In this document: piece by piece, positions 12,960-24,330 of the stretch
How positions within the stretch are numbered: the stretch's first letter is position 1
Layout of the letters: every line of letters starts with the position of its first letter
Origin: Gracilinanus agilis
Taxonomy: Eukaryota
Length of the DNA: 64,000 nucleotides
Direction of reading: 5' to 3'
Assembly: GCF_016433145.1 (NCBI RefSeq)
Contig: NC_058135.1
Location: 296,086,205-296,150,204, forward strand
Notes under the pieces: model-generated
Seen by the model: only the letters and a program-made list of their open reading frames with translations
Databases searched by the model: none
What the model was told of the DNA's origin: nothing
Translations under genes and position numbers: made by a program

Positions 12960-13480
12960 TTTTTCCCCTTGCAGGATTATACTCAGTTTTGCTGGGTAAA
13001 TTACTTAAGACTGTAAGCCTCTGCCCTTTGCTTCTCAGCATTTTGTATTTCCAGTTCTCCACTCCTTGTAGGGGTGGCTGCTAAATCATGTGTCATCCCA
13101 ACTGTGGCTTCTCAATACTTGGATTCTTCCATCTTTGGCATTTTCAGGGTTGTTTTCCCCTTTGACCTAGAAGCTCCATAACGGTCCTGGAATTTTTATT
13201 TGGAGGTTTCTATCTAGAGGTGATCACAGGGCAGCTGGGTAGCTCAGTGGATTGAAAGTCAGGCCTAGAGATGGGAGGTCTTGGGTTCAAATCTGGCCTC
13301 AGACACTTCCCAGCTGGGTGACCCTGGGCAAGTCACTTGACCCCCATTGCCCACCCTTACCACTCTTCCACCAAGGAGCCAATGCACAGAAGTTAAGGGT
13401 TTAAAAAAATAAAATAAAATGATGATAGAGTTGATCACTACCACTACTTTGTCCTCTGGTTCTAAGAGACTTGGGCAGTT
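12960..13480 (-). mobile_element. L1 ORF1 fragment split by a SINE
   Basis: Antisense to the ORF1 segment at 7700-8060 (GGATTATACTCAGTTTTGCTGGGTAA). Confidence 0.75.
13229..13420 (+). mobile_element. SINE1_Mdo-type inserted in L1 ORF1
   Basis: Consensus head, core and tail. Confidence 0.93.
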
Positions 13481-14149
13481 TCATTTAAGAATTTTTTATG
13501 ATTATTTATTTACTTATTTCACTAAATATTTCCTAATCACATGTAAAAAAAATCAACATGATCCCTAGAAATGAGAGGGAGTTTTGCTTTGAATACCTCA
13601 GTGATCCCTATTGACCGAGGATGTCAACATTCTTGTCCCCACTCTGTCCTCCCAAACCTCTGGCTCGGAATGAATGGCCATCATGACTCCTTGACTTTTC
13701 TTCTCTTCTCAGACTGGAGAAATGCCCCATTTCTGCCTTGCTCATCAGTTCCAAAGGCACATCATTTGTCAATAAAAGGGACCTGAAGGAATAGGGGAAA
13801 AAACAAACAATCCTGACGCCTGCCGTGTCACGTTCTGGGCTGGTCGGTGACCTGGTTTGTCCTACGGTGAGCCCCTGGTGCCATATGCTCCTTCCCTCTC
13901 CATATCCCCTCTGTAGACTACCAGCTACTTCAGGGCAGGAATAGGTTCTTTGTCTTTATATTCCTAGCACCAAGCCAGGCGGTGATAGTTATTCTGGGAC
14001 CAGCATCTCCAAACAGGAAGTATTAAGCAAATGTTTGTTGCAATTTGGCACAGGAAAAAAAAAATCAAAAGATTATGTCATTTCCTCTCCTTTTCAAACA
14101 TGGATGACTGAGTATGGAATAGTGTGCATACACTGGGAGTTGGTTCACA

Positions 14150-14865
14150 TTATAGTTGTATAAAAGCATTTTTTCCTCTTTCTCCTTCATTCATTCATTA
14201 AAAAAATTAATTCTGTGCCTGCTCTTTGATCCAGCAATACCCAAAAAGATAATAAGGGGAAATGTTTGTACAAAAATATTCATAGTCACACTTTGTGGTG
14301 GCAAAAAATCCCTGAAAAATGAGGTGGTGTCCATCGATGAGGGAATGGCTGAACACATTGTGGTGTCTGATGAGGACGGAATACTATTGTGCTGAAAGGA
14401 ATGATGAACTGGAGGAACTCCATGTGAATTGGAACGACCTCCATGAACTGATGCGGAACAAAATGGGCAGAACCAGGAGAATGTTGTACACAGAAAGTGA
14501 GACGTTGTGGGGTGATCAAAGGTAATTGACTTTGCTACTAATAGCAATGCGATGATCCAGAACAACCCTGAGGGGCTTTGGAGAAAGAAGCTCCACATCT
14601 AGAGAAAGAACTGTGGGAGCAGAATCGAAGAAGAAAAGCAGGCTTTACCACTTGTTTATATGGTATAGGATTTGGGGTTTTCGGTTTTTAAAAGATCACT
14701 CTATTACCAAAATGAATAATATGGAAATAGGTATTGAGCGATAACACATGGATAACCCAGTGGAATGGCTTGTTGGCTCCGGGAGGGGAGAGGGAAGAAG
14801 GAAGGGAAAAAAAACATGAATCATGGAACTGTGGAAAAATACTTTAAATAAAGTTTAAAAAATTT
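14150..14865 (+). mobile_element. 5'-truncated L1 3' end
   Basis: Contains TTTGATCCAGCAATACC and GAATGTTGTACACAG, with an A-rich tail at 14840-14860. Confidence 0.9.
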
Positions 14866-15384
14866 AATTTGGGGGGGCGCCATATTGAACAACAAAAGTT
14901 ATCTAAAAGAAAAAAATTATGGATAGAAATGTTTAAGTATGAACAAAGTGGATCGATTTATGAATGAAGGAGTAAATGGACAAATAATCGCAGGCTTGCC
15001 TACCTTCATGAACAAATCAATAAAAGTCTGTCGTATTGAATCAAACGATTTAGCCTGTCCTATAGGGCTGTCCACACGAGTTACAGAAGGATCCCCAAAC
15101 CCCATGTAGTCTTCCACAGTCTAAAGGAAGAGCAGACGGGAGGGGGCAATGGAGAATGGTTTGAAGCCTGGTCAGACTTTCAGAAAGGAGAAGCATCTGC
15201 TGGAGGCTCATTTCTATTCCCCACTCTCAGGCCATGACAGGAGAAAGAAGGAAAGGGGAGAAGGAAGCAGACATTTATGAAGTGCCTACTAGGTAGATGC
15301 TGAGCATATAGCTGGGACAGCAAGGTGGCGCAGTAGCTAGAGGGCAGGCCTGGGCTGGGCTGGGAGTGAAGAAGACTCACCTTT

Positions 15385-15535
15385 GCGAGTTCAAGTCCAG
15401 CCTCCTCAGTGTGATCCTACCCAAGTCATTGGATCCTTTCTGCCTCATCGGTGGTCCATGTAGAAAATGGCAAAGCCCTCTAGCAACTTTGCCAGGAAAA
15501 CCCCAAAAGGGGTCATGGAGGGGCCCAAACAGCAA
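15385..15535 (+). mobile_element. MIR/Mar1-type SINE remnant
   Basis: Contains GAGTTCAAGTCCAGCCTC...AAATGGCAAAGCCCTCTAGC...GAAAACCCCAAAAGGGGTCA. Confidence 0.65.
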
Positions 15536-15780
15536 GAGAGCCGCCCCCGCCCCCCCTCCCCCATTCTTGCCTCCTCGCCAGGCTGCTTTTTTCAGCCTTT
15601 CTCTGGGCTGGCGCTCGAGCCTTGCCTCCCGGTAACCGCGGCGGGTTATTAATTCACGGTCGGCTCTCCGGAAGGCCTCCGTTTGGTCAAAGGCGGGCGG
15701 AGCCAGTCTGGGGGGCCTGAGCGGGGCGGGGAGGAAGTGGGGGCTGGTTTTCCCAGCAGATCGCGGGCTGGGCCTGGTGT
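15530..15780. promoter_or_regulatory. CpG-rich candidate promoter (GC boxes, ETS sites)
   Basis: CCGGAAG at 15668, GGGCGG at 15695, GGGGCGGGG at 15723, GGAAGT at 15733 and CCGCCCC at 15541. Start of a CpG island spanning the MRGPR CDS. Confidence 0.5.
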
Positions 15781-16112
15781 CCGAAAGCCTCACCCGCACG
15801 GCTTCAGGCGAGCCCTCAGCCCCTTACGGTGGGCCCCGTCCGCCTCCGTTTCCTCCTCTGTCAAGCGACCTGGAGAAGGAAATGGCCCGGCTCGCCGGTG
15901 TCTCGCCCCAGAGAACTCCACGTTGGGTCAAAGAGAGCCAACGGGCCCGGCACTGGCCTGAACGCCGTCTAAAGGCCCTCGCGAGCGATTGAGAGGCGCG
16001 CCGCGGCCCGTAGCGGTCGAGCTTCCTCCGCCCTTCGTGCCGGGCCCTGGGGCGCCCCCTGGCGGCGCCCGCGCGGAGGGTCGCTCTGGCAGCCTCGGAG
16101 GAGCCGCCGGGC

Positions 16113-17036
16113 ATGGCCGAGTTCTCCGTCCCGGACCGCAGCAGCCCCGCCGAAGGCTTCACGCTGTACAAGTGGCTGGGGGGCGTCGTTCTGCTCGTCG
16201 CGCTGCTCGGCCTGCTGGGGAACCTCCTGGTCCTGTGGCTGCTGGGCTTCCTCATCCGCAGGAACCCCGTCTCCGTCTACGTGCTCAACCTGGCCGCGGC
16301 CGAAGCCCTCTTCCTGTGCGGCCACTCGGTGCTCTGCTTGGGGGACCTGCTAGACTACTTCGAGCGCTCCCCCGCCTGGATGGGCGTGAACGACATCACC
16401 GAAATGGCCTACTCCGCCGCCCTGAGCCTGCGGGCGGCCACCTGCGCCGAGCTCTGCCTCTCGGCGCTCTGCCCGCGCGGCTACCGGCGCCGGCGGCCCC
16501 AGCACACGTCGACGGTGGTGTGCGGCGGCCTCTGGGTTCTGGCCTGCCTGCTGCTGGGGGGGCACTTTCTGTTCTGCCTCAGCGACCAGGACAGCCATTT
16601 CTGCAACCCCATCATCATCGGCCAGATGGTCCACTTCTTCCTCTTCACCGCCCTGCTCTTCCTGGCCAGCCTCGCCATCGTGCTGAAGGTCCAGTGCAGC
16701 GGCCGGCGCCGGCGGCGGCCGCCCAGGCTCTACCGCCTGGCCCTCATCATGGCCCTCGTGTTCCTGCTCTTCGGCCTGGCCCCCGACATCGAGCATTTCC
16801 TGGAGACCTTCGGCATAGACGTCCTCGTTCCCCTCTGGCTGCCCACGCTCCTGGCCAACTTGAACTGCAGCGCCAACCCCGTCCTCTACTTCGCCCTGAA
16901 CCGCCGCCGCCGCAGGGGCAGGAGGGGGAGGGAGCCGCTCCGGCGGGTGCTCCAGAGGGCCCTGACCGACGAGCAGGACCTGGAGGGCGACGAGAGGGAC
17001 GCCTCCCACACCACCACCTGGGAGACGTCCTTCTGA
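16113..17036 (+). CDS. MAS-related GPCR (MRGPR family), subfamily unassigned, 307 aa, single coding exon
   Basis: Intact ORF with good Kozak context (ggcATGG) and 7 hydrophobic segments. MRGPR hallmarks: GNxLVLWLLGF, RRNPVSVYVLNLA, RRPQHTSTVVC, TM4-TM5 Cys pair (FCLSDQDSHFC), NCSANPVLYF and EPLRRVLQRAL. Confidence 0.93.
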   Translation: MAEFSVPDRSSPAEGFTLYKWLGGVVLLVALLGLLGNLLVLWLLGFLIRRNPVSVYVLNLAAAEALFLCGHSVLCLGDLLDYFERSPAWMGVNDITEMAYSAALSLRAATCAELCLSALCPRGYRRRRPQHTSTVVCGGLWVLACLLLGGHFLFCLSDQDSHFCNPIIIGQMVHFFLFTALLFLASLAIVLKVQCSGRRRRRPPRLYRLALIMALVFLLFGLAPDIEHFLETFGIDVLVPLWLPTLLANLNCSANPVLYFALNRRRRRGRRGREPLRRVLQRALTDEQDLEGDERDASHTTTWETSF

Positions 17037-17439
17037 ACCCGGCCGCAGGGGCGGCGCCCTCCTGGGGCAGAGCCGGGCCTCCACCTCCTGCCCTGCCCTT
17101 GGCTTGGTGCCCAGGCCCCGAACGCCCAGCCAGGAGCGAGCATCTCTTCGAAGAACTCTGCACAGATCTCCCGGAACCCTCACGGTATCCCCGGGGGCGG
17201 AGAGGGGGGCACATGCGCTCATCGGGCCCATCTTACAGTTCAGGAAACTGAGGCAGGTAACGGTTCAGGCACTGCCCGTGGCCCCCAAAGCTAGGCGGTC
17301 CCTGAAACTGGATTTGAACTCAGACCTTTCTGACGGCAGGCCTAATGCTGACCGTTCTGATAGAAATTCCTTGGAGACTGTCTATTAATTGATAATTATT
17401 TATATTATTTAGTCTATATTATAGAATTTTATATTCTAT

Positions 17440-17940
17440 TGGTTATATGTTATGGTCTTATAGTGTTTCATTCTATTTCATTATTATAATTATAGTGTGT
17501 TATAGTTTATATTGCATTCTTCATGTATTCTATAGTTCATTAGTAGGAGTTGGAGTAAGAGAGAATCCCAAAGTCAGCTGGCCACACCTAACCAGTGTGA
17601 GTTTGCAGAGCTTGTCTCCAAGGAGCCAAAAAGCCCAAAAAAGACTTCACTTCCTCAGTCCCCTCCCTTATAAAGGCATGGGGGCACCCCTTCTGGATCT
17701 CTCTGGATCTCCTTCCAGGTCAAGGGCTAGTCTTCCAGATGCCAAGAGTGCCATGGGACCAGGGGCCAGCTTCTTCCAGGATGCCAGGAAGCCATGAGGC
17801 CGCTGGCATGCTCCCAGAGCACAATGTGCTCCCCAGGCAAAGGGGGGAGCAATGGATTTTCAAAGGAATAAGGGGTCCGATTTCTATTTAATTCCCTCAA
17901 TCCCCCCTGTGATTCTCTAAGAGATGAACTGTGCTCATCT
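17440..17940. mobile_element. LTR-like element related to 20620-21340
   Basis: Shares CTGGCCACACCTAAC and AAGCCCAAA...CACTTCCTCAG blocks with that element. TATAAA near 17670. Confidence 0.4.
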
Positions 17941-17958
17941 CCTCAAAGAACCATCCCA

Positions 17959-18190
17959 GGGGGTAGCTGAGTAGTTCAGTGGATGGAGAGCCAGGCCTAG
18001 AGATGAGAGGTCCTGGGTTCAAATCTGGCCTCAGACACGTCCCAGCTGTGTGACCCTGGGCGAGTCACTTAACCCCCATTGCCTAGCCCTTACCGCTCTT
18101 CTGCCTTGGAGCTAATACACAGTATTGACTCCAAGACAGAAGGTGAGGGTTTTAAATTAAACTTAAATTAATTTAAATAAATAAAAAAAA
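17959..18190 (+). mobile_element. Long-tail CORE-SINE (SINE1/MAR1-type)
   Basis: Near-perfect TSD AAAGAA(C/T)CATCCCA. Confidence 0.92.
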
Positions 18191-19214
18191 AGAATCATCC
18201 CATATCAAATGTCTATATGTTTCAGGATTGTCATACATTTCATGGAGGTCTAACTCCATTTGGGGTGTTTCTTAACATATTTAAAAAATGATCGACAGGC
18301 ACATTGACAAGGAACCACCAGGAGGCATTCTCCTTTTTTGGCACGAGGCTTTTACAACCAAGAAAAAATAACGGTGCTTGGGAAGAACAACAGCAGATGG
18401 AGGGCCCAACCCGCCACAGTTCAGTTCATCATATCCAAATGAGAGTCTCATGATGTAGGGTTTGTTTTTTTTAATTTCTGGAGACATCTTCTATTGCTGC
18501 CATCTCTTTAGTCCATCCGGAATCATGAATCACAGCAGGAGATCTGCTTCCCTAGTCCAGGTTATTGGCAATATCTTTCCTTAAAATTGCTTTTAGAAGA
18601 TCTTAGGATAACTTCACAATCACCCATCTCAGGAAGACAGAGATCTAATCTTAACAGAACCTGACACAAAATAATGTTCTGATATAGTGAATAGTCATTG
18701 ACAGCAGACAATTGACTTGGTAAAGGATGAATGACAAGATTATTGACTTAAGAATGCATTCAATAACATGTGGCTCTCCCTTCCCAAAACCAAGAGGGGA
18801 GAAAATAAATATGTGTAGAGAGAGAGACATAGATTAAAATCATAACAAGCTCCTGACACATAGCCAAGGTCTAGTGGAGGTAGATTATATCCCACGAGCA
18901 TGAAGGTTAGTTGTTAGTTGCCACAATATTGCAGTTACCTACCATCTGCCATGACTAAAGAACGTTTCCAAGCCAAAAAAAAAAAAAAGAGGATCAAAGT
19001 CTGATCAGATTTCTCTTCCATCATGGGGATAGCAAGCTGGAGTTCGAGCCAAATAGGGATATCTTAGAGTCCAATATCTTATAGGCTGAATCAGAAAAGG
19101 CCAACCTCAGAACTCTGCAAAAGTCACTTCCCTGATCCTCCCCCACCCTAGACAGCTCTCCCGCTTTGGCACAGCCTTTCACCACCCCCACAAAGGTGGA
19201 TATCCGCTGGAATT

Positions 19215-19676
19215 TCAAAGGAAGGGGCTGTTATCTCTTGAATTACACCAAGAAGGACAGGGAACAAAGTTAGAGTCCTCAGGGAACAAAGAGCCATCTA
19301 GAGAATGTGATATTATGGCTCTTAGTTTACATACGTGATCTCTCCCTAATACATTTGTAGGTGAATCAAGCATTAGGGGGGATGAATGTTCTACCAATAA
19401 AGGGCCCATGGACACAATGCTAGGAGAAAGCATACTAACATTTTGAGGCTTCCCGGACACTCCTACCACATTTAAAGAACCAATGGAATTGCATTCAGAA
19501 TCAGATTTGCACACTAACACTGATCTGGATGCTCCAGTGTCCAGGAGACAATCATAAGTGTTCCCAACCTTAAGGTTCACATGAAGCTCTTTTCTAGGGG
19601 GAGTTGAACAGACTGGAATAATTGTCATCAAAACATCAGGGTGTGAAAAGGAGTAGACCTCATCCTCAGACTCCAA
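19215..19676 (-). mobile_element. Endogenous retrovirus protease remnant (class I-like)
   Basis: Translation has LKVGNTYDCLLDTGASRSVL (catalytic DTGA at 19530-19541), flap VVGVSG and NVLGRD. Confidence 0.8.
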
Positions 19677-19745
19677 GGTCCTGTGAAGATAGGACTAACT
19701 CTCCCCTTGCCTATTTTTAAATTAATCAACAAAAATTGAAAACAT

Positions 19746-19935
19746 GGGGGCAGCTGGGTAGCTCAGTGGATTGAGAGCCAGGCCTAGAGACGGGAGGTCC
19801 TAGGTTCAAATCCGGCCTCAGCCACTTCCCAGCTGTGTGACCCTGGGCAAGTCACTTGACCCCCATTGCCTACCCTTACCAATCTTCCACCTATAAAGTC
19901 AATACACAGAAGTTAAGGGTTTAAAAAAAAAAAAA
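19746..19935 (+). mobile_element. SINE1_Mdo-type
   Basis: TSD AAAAATTGAAAACA. Confidence 0.95.
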
Positions 19936-20005
19936 ATTGAAAACACCCCTACTTAACACTAAGTGGGGGAGGTCCACAAGCCACTTATTAAAAGTGGTTG
20001 AAAAA

Positions 20006-20197
20006 GGGGCAGCTGGGTAGCTCAGTGGAGTGAGAGCCAGGCCTAGAGACAGGAGGTCCTAGGTTCAAACCCGGCCTCAGACACTTCCCAGCTGTGTGAC
20101 CCTGGGCAAGTCACTTGACCCCCATTGCCCACCCTTACCAATCTTCCACCTATGAGACAATACACCGAAGTACAAGGGTTTAAAAAAAAAAAAAAAA
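20006..20197 (+). mobile_element. SINE1_Mdo-type
   Basis: TSD AAAAGTGGTTGAAAA. Confidence 0.95.
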
Positions 20198-20619
20198 GTG
20201 GTTGAAAACCCAGAGACCACCAACCACCCTCTGGGCAATGCTAAGCAAATTTAAAGACTGCAATTGGCTCCTATAAAGTGGAGGAAGGGACAGGAAGTGA
20301 CATGGTAAAAGGATTATACAGGGTCCTGAACTTCCTGTCTGGGAGATTTTCAGCCTGAATCTGGGGCTTGGAGGATTTTGGACTGGGATTGCTCTCTCAA
20401 TTGTAACATTCACTCACCAAAAAGATAGAAAAATAGCTGGGAAATATACATAAAAAAGTTATCTTCCCCAAAGCTTCTCCTTGATGAGTTCAGCTTCTCA
20501 GGAACCTGGAACTCAGTAAAAAAAAAAAATCTGCTCTACTGTAAGTCACTCTTCTGTAACAAGGACAAGCTGAGAAAAATAAGGCAAGAAAGGTTGAGTC
20601 TCCCAATTTGTAGTTGTCA

Positions 20620-21340
20620 TATTGTTATGATTAAAATTCTCTGGAGACTGGATCATCATTTAAAATTATTTACTAGTAAAAGTTGTGTTATAGAAAAAAA
20701 TTACCAGGCAGGCACAGGAAACAGCACTCAGAATGAGAAAGGAAAGATTTTTATTACACATGGACCCAAAGGGAGATCATTTCTCCCACCCTGGGCCCCC
20801 AGCATTGAGGGCACATGCATTTTATATTCTACATCTGGCCTTCGGCAGCCTATGTGGAACAGGGAGGGAGCTGGTCCTCAGGCTGAGGAGAGGAGACTAA
20901 CCTTGCTGCCCACAGTCTGGGGCAGGGAGGGAACTGGACGCTGGGTAGCTGTCTGGACTTCAGCCTGAATTTCCTCATCAGCTGGAGCAGAAGAGAGAGA
21001 GTCACAAAATCACCTGGCCACACCTAACTCATCTGGCTTAGCAGTCATTCTAGGAAGAGTGTCGGGCCCAAGAGCCCCAGAAGCCCAAAGAAGGCCTTCT
21101 CACTTCCTCAGGCCCTTCTCTTCTCCTTCTGGCTCTCTCTGTTTGGACAGACTTGACCTCAGGCTGGGTCAAAGGCCAGCCCTTGAGATGTCGGACTTCC
21201 CAAGAAACTAGCTAACCAGAAAATCAATTGTTAAGAGCCTACTTGATGCTTGGAGTATGCTTTTTAGAATTAAAAATATGTAATATTGTGACTTCTAGTA
21301 AGAATTTAGTCCCAGGCAAAAGTTTGTGCATGTAACCAGA
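20620..21340 (-). mobile_element. LTR-like element
   Basis: Starts TGTTATGATT, has a minus-strand AATAAA near 20750, and shares a ~110-bp segment with 17550-17670. Confidence 0.5.
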
Positions 21341-22636
21341 TTAAAGAATGTCATCGCAGGAGAATCCCCCAGCTCTGACTTCAAGGATGGGTATTGTTAG
21401 AGTAGGCTTCTGTGTGTGTGCTGCCATCTCAGGCAGGAGGGAGTTACTACATGGCTCCTAGGGGTGTGAATCTATTTTATAATGCACTTGATCTCAGACT
21501 GATTCCTGTAAGAGGCTACAGGGACCAGAAGGCCACCCAGAGGAGCCTCGGTGACCAGGGGCCTTAGAGGGGGACTCTCCTCCATCAGAATGGCCTGTCA
21601 AGAAGCCCAGGCCAAGTGTCTCACATGATCATGACTTGTAAGTCATTATCACTCCCGCCAGTAACCGTGTGCACCCAGTCAAAGGGTGGGCCTGATACCA
21701 ACCAAAGTGGGTTTTCAAAAGAAATACGGGGTACAGTTTATATTAAATTCACAGAAGCGCCAGAATTTACTTGGAGAGGGAGGCCCAGACACCCATGTGT
21801 CACAAGTCCAGAGAAGGGCCATTTCAGCAAATGCCACTGACCCTTCAGTGAGGAGAGGAAGAGGAAAGATACCCTCTCAGGCCGGGTGGCTCTCTGCCCT
21901 CTCCATGTAAATCGCTGCAAATGAAGGGATAGAGTCAGGGCTCAGACTCCTCCTAAAGGTTCCATGGGCCCTTTCCCAATCTTGTCTTCTTCTCAGCCCC
22001 GAGGTCTCCTTCCCTTCCCTCTGCCAAGGAGCCTCCAGCTCGCCTACTTCTTCTGCCCCTTTATTCCCACCTGCTGCTCCTTTCCCTTCCCCCTCATATA
22101 AATTCAAGTTTTCAAAAAGGCTAAAGCCAGCAGATGACACAAAAATGCAGGAAATGTGAACAGTCACCTACAGGTTACAATAAGGGGCTCTAAACACCCC
22201 ATAAAAGGTAAAAGGTAAAAATCCAGACTCTTTCTTGGAAACGGAGGACCAAAAAACGTTATGGGGATCTTCTGGCACCCTGGGAAATGGGAGGGTGCAA
22301 CACCCTTAACCTTCTCTGTGGAAGGGATGCCTGTACCTCTCTGCCTCCAAAGGCCAAGGCTGCGGTTCAGCATCTTCTCTTGTTTTCAGGTTGTTTCTCC
22401 AGGTCTCAGACTCCAGGTTTCTCTGTGTCGGTGACTCAATTCCAGTCTCTCTTTCGCTCTGTATGACTCACTTCTGTATGGAGGAAAGTATTATCGTAGG
22501 GGTGTTAAGTGCCAGGCAGCACTCTAAGAGACCAAAGCAGGGGAAGGGACCACACCATCTCTCTCACACCCGCAACACAAATGCACAGCACACACCTATA
22601 AACACAACATATAACAGACATGGACACTTGAGTGTG

Positions 22637-22682
22637 CACACACACACACACACACACACACGCACGCACGCACGCACGCACA
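22637..22682. repeat. (CA)n(CGCA)n compound microsatellite
   Basis: Directly visible. Confidence 0.97.
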
Positions 22683-23099
22683 GAACCACAGTCTTCTCTG
22701 TAACATTTGAATCTTCTGGTGACAGTGATCTCACTCTCTTCTAAGAGGTTGTGGCTTCCACATACAGAATGGTGAGTAGGTAGCCTCAGCTCCTCGTCAT
22801 TGCTTATGTGATGGGGAAGATCACTAGAATCAGCCAGTCCCTAAGGCAGGAAGTGTCATGGGGTGTCCATGGCACTCGGCTTTCCTTGGTCATCTCACAG
22901 TGAATCGCTAATATTAACTGGCTCTTCCCTCAGCTCCTCCCCTAGTGGGTGATGTGACCGATACACTGATAGATATAGCAAGCCCCAAGGGGGCTTATAT
23001 AGGCTCATATTAAAGAATATGAGACTTTGCCCCAAAGTTAGGATACAAGGAAGGGAATAAGCATTTAGTTATATAAAGCCTCCTATGAACCAAGTGGGT

Positions 23100-23340
23100 A
23101 GATAATGCAAAGGATAAAGCACCAAACCTAGAGGCAAGAGGACCCGGGTTCAAATCAAGCCTCATATAGTTAATAGCTATGAAATCCTGAGCAAATCACT
23201 AAACCCTGTTTGCCTCAGTTTCTTCATTTGTAAAATGAGCTGCAGAAGGAAATGGCAAACCACTCAGGAATGTTTGCCCCAAAATCCTAAATGTGGTCAT
23301 GAAGAGTCAGACCCAACTGAAATGGCTGAATGCGAGCCAT
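23100..23340 (+). mobile_element. MIR/Mar1-type SINE
   Basis: CORE sequence GCCTCAGTTTCTTCATTTGTAAAATGAGCTG...GAAATGGCAAACCACTC. Confidence 0.85.
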
Positions 23341-23559
23341 GCGAGCCATGCCCTCTACTAAGGGGCTTAGGAATATGACTTTGCTTAAGAGCATCAGCAA
23401 TAGGTAGGAGTCATCATAAGGCTCTGGGCACAGTCGATGCTCAGACCATGCTTCCTGGGTGAACAACTTCCTGTTTGACAGGATTCCAAATTTTCATTTG
23501 AGAGGGAAATGCCTGAAGCTGAGAGGTCAAAGTCTTCCTCCTGGACCAGCCAGGAAGCC

Positions 23560-24100
23560 TGAATAACTGGATTGAAGGGCTTGTGCTGAGTAAGACAGAA
23601 GGAGCCTGGCTGGGCAGGAGAGGCCAGAGGAAGCCCCCAGAGTTTATAGCAGGGAGAGGGCACCACCACACCTCCATTTTAGGAAATCGTTTTAGTGGCT
23701 GAATGGAAAATGGACTGGAATGGGGGGGGGGGGGAAGGGAAGGAAGGGGGGGCGGCTGGAGGCCGGCAGACCTGCCAGAAGGCTCTTGCGGTGGACCAGG
23801 TGGGAAATGATGCGGGCCTGCACGAGAGTGGTAGCAACAGCAGGGCAGAGAAGGAGGAATAGTCAAGAGATGCTGCGAAGAGGATATAGGCAGGTCTTGT
23901 GCACAGATTGGATATTGGGGGGGGGGGGCGGAGGAATCCAGAGGGATTGTGGGATTGTGAGCTGCAGAGCCTGGGAAGGTGAAGTTGCTTTCTACAGCAG
24001 TAGGGAAGGGACAAAGATGGGAGCATCTGAGGTGGGGAGGGAAGAGATAATGAACATTTTCATTTAAAGAAAAGAGTGCCAATGGGGATGGGATTAGGGT
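23560..24100 (-). mobile_element. L2 fragment
   Basis: Purine-rich antisense L2 3' region (GGACCAGGTGGGAAATGATGCGGGCCTG). Confidence 0.55.
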
Positions 24101-24150
24101 TTTGCTGTTAAAGGATCCTCTACTACAAATGGGAACAACATGGAAATAGA

Positions 24151-24330
24151 TTTTTTTTTTAAACCCTTCACTTCTGTGTATTGGCTCCTACGTGGAAGAG
24201 TGGCTCCTGGGTGGGCCATGGGGGTCAAGTGACTTGTCCAGGGTCACCCAGCTGGGAAGTGTCTGAGGCTAGATTTGAACCCAGGACCTCCCGTCTCTAG
24301 GCCTGACTTTCCATCCACCGAGCTCAGCCA
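24151..24330 (-). mobile_element. SINE1_Mdo-type
   Basis: Antisense consensus with a T-rich end. Confidence 0.9.

Noticed and set aside
14881-15140. Plus-strand frame open if TGA is read as Trp (mitochondrial/mycoplasma-like insert)
   Set aside because: Only about 85 codons with no recognisable homology. The minus-strand exon with canonical splice sites explains it better.
15989-17251. Long overlapping and antisense ORFs (420, 293 and 155 aa) across the first MRGPR
   Set aside because: These are shadow frames of a CDS with very high GC3. They are Pro/Arg/Gly/Ala-rich with no domain signature.
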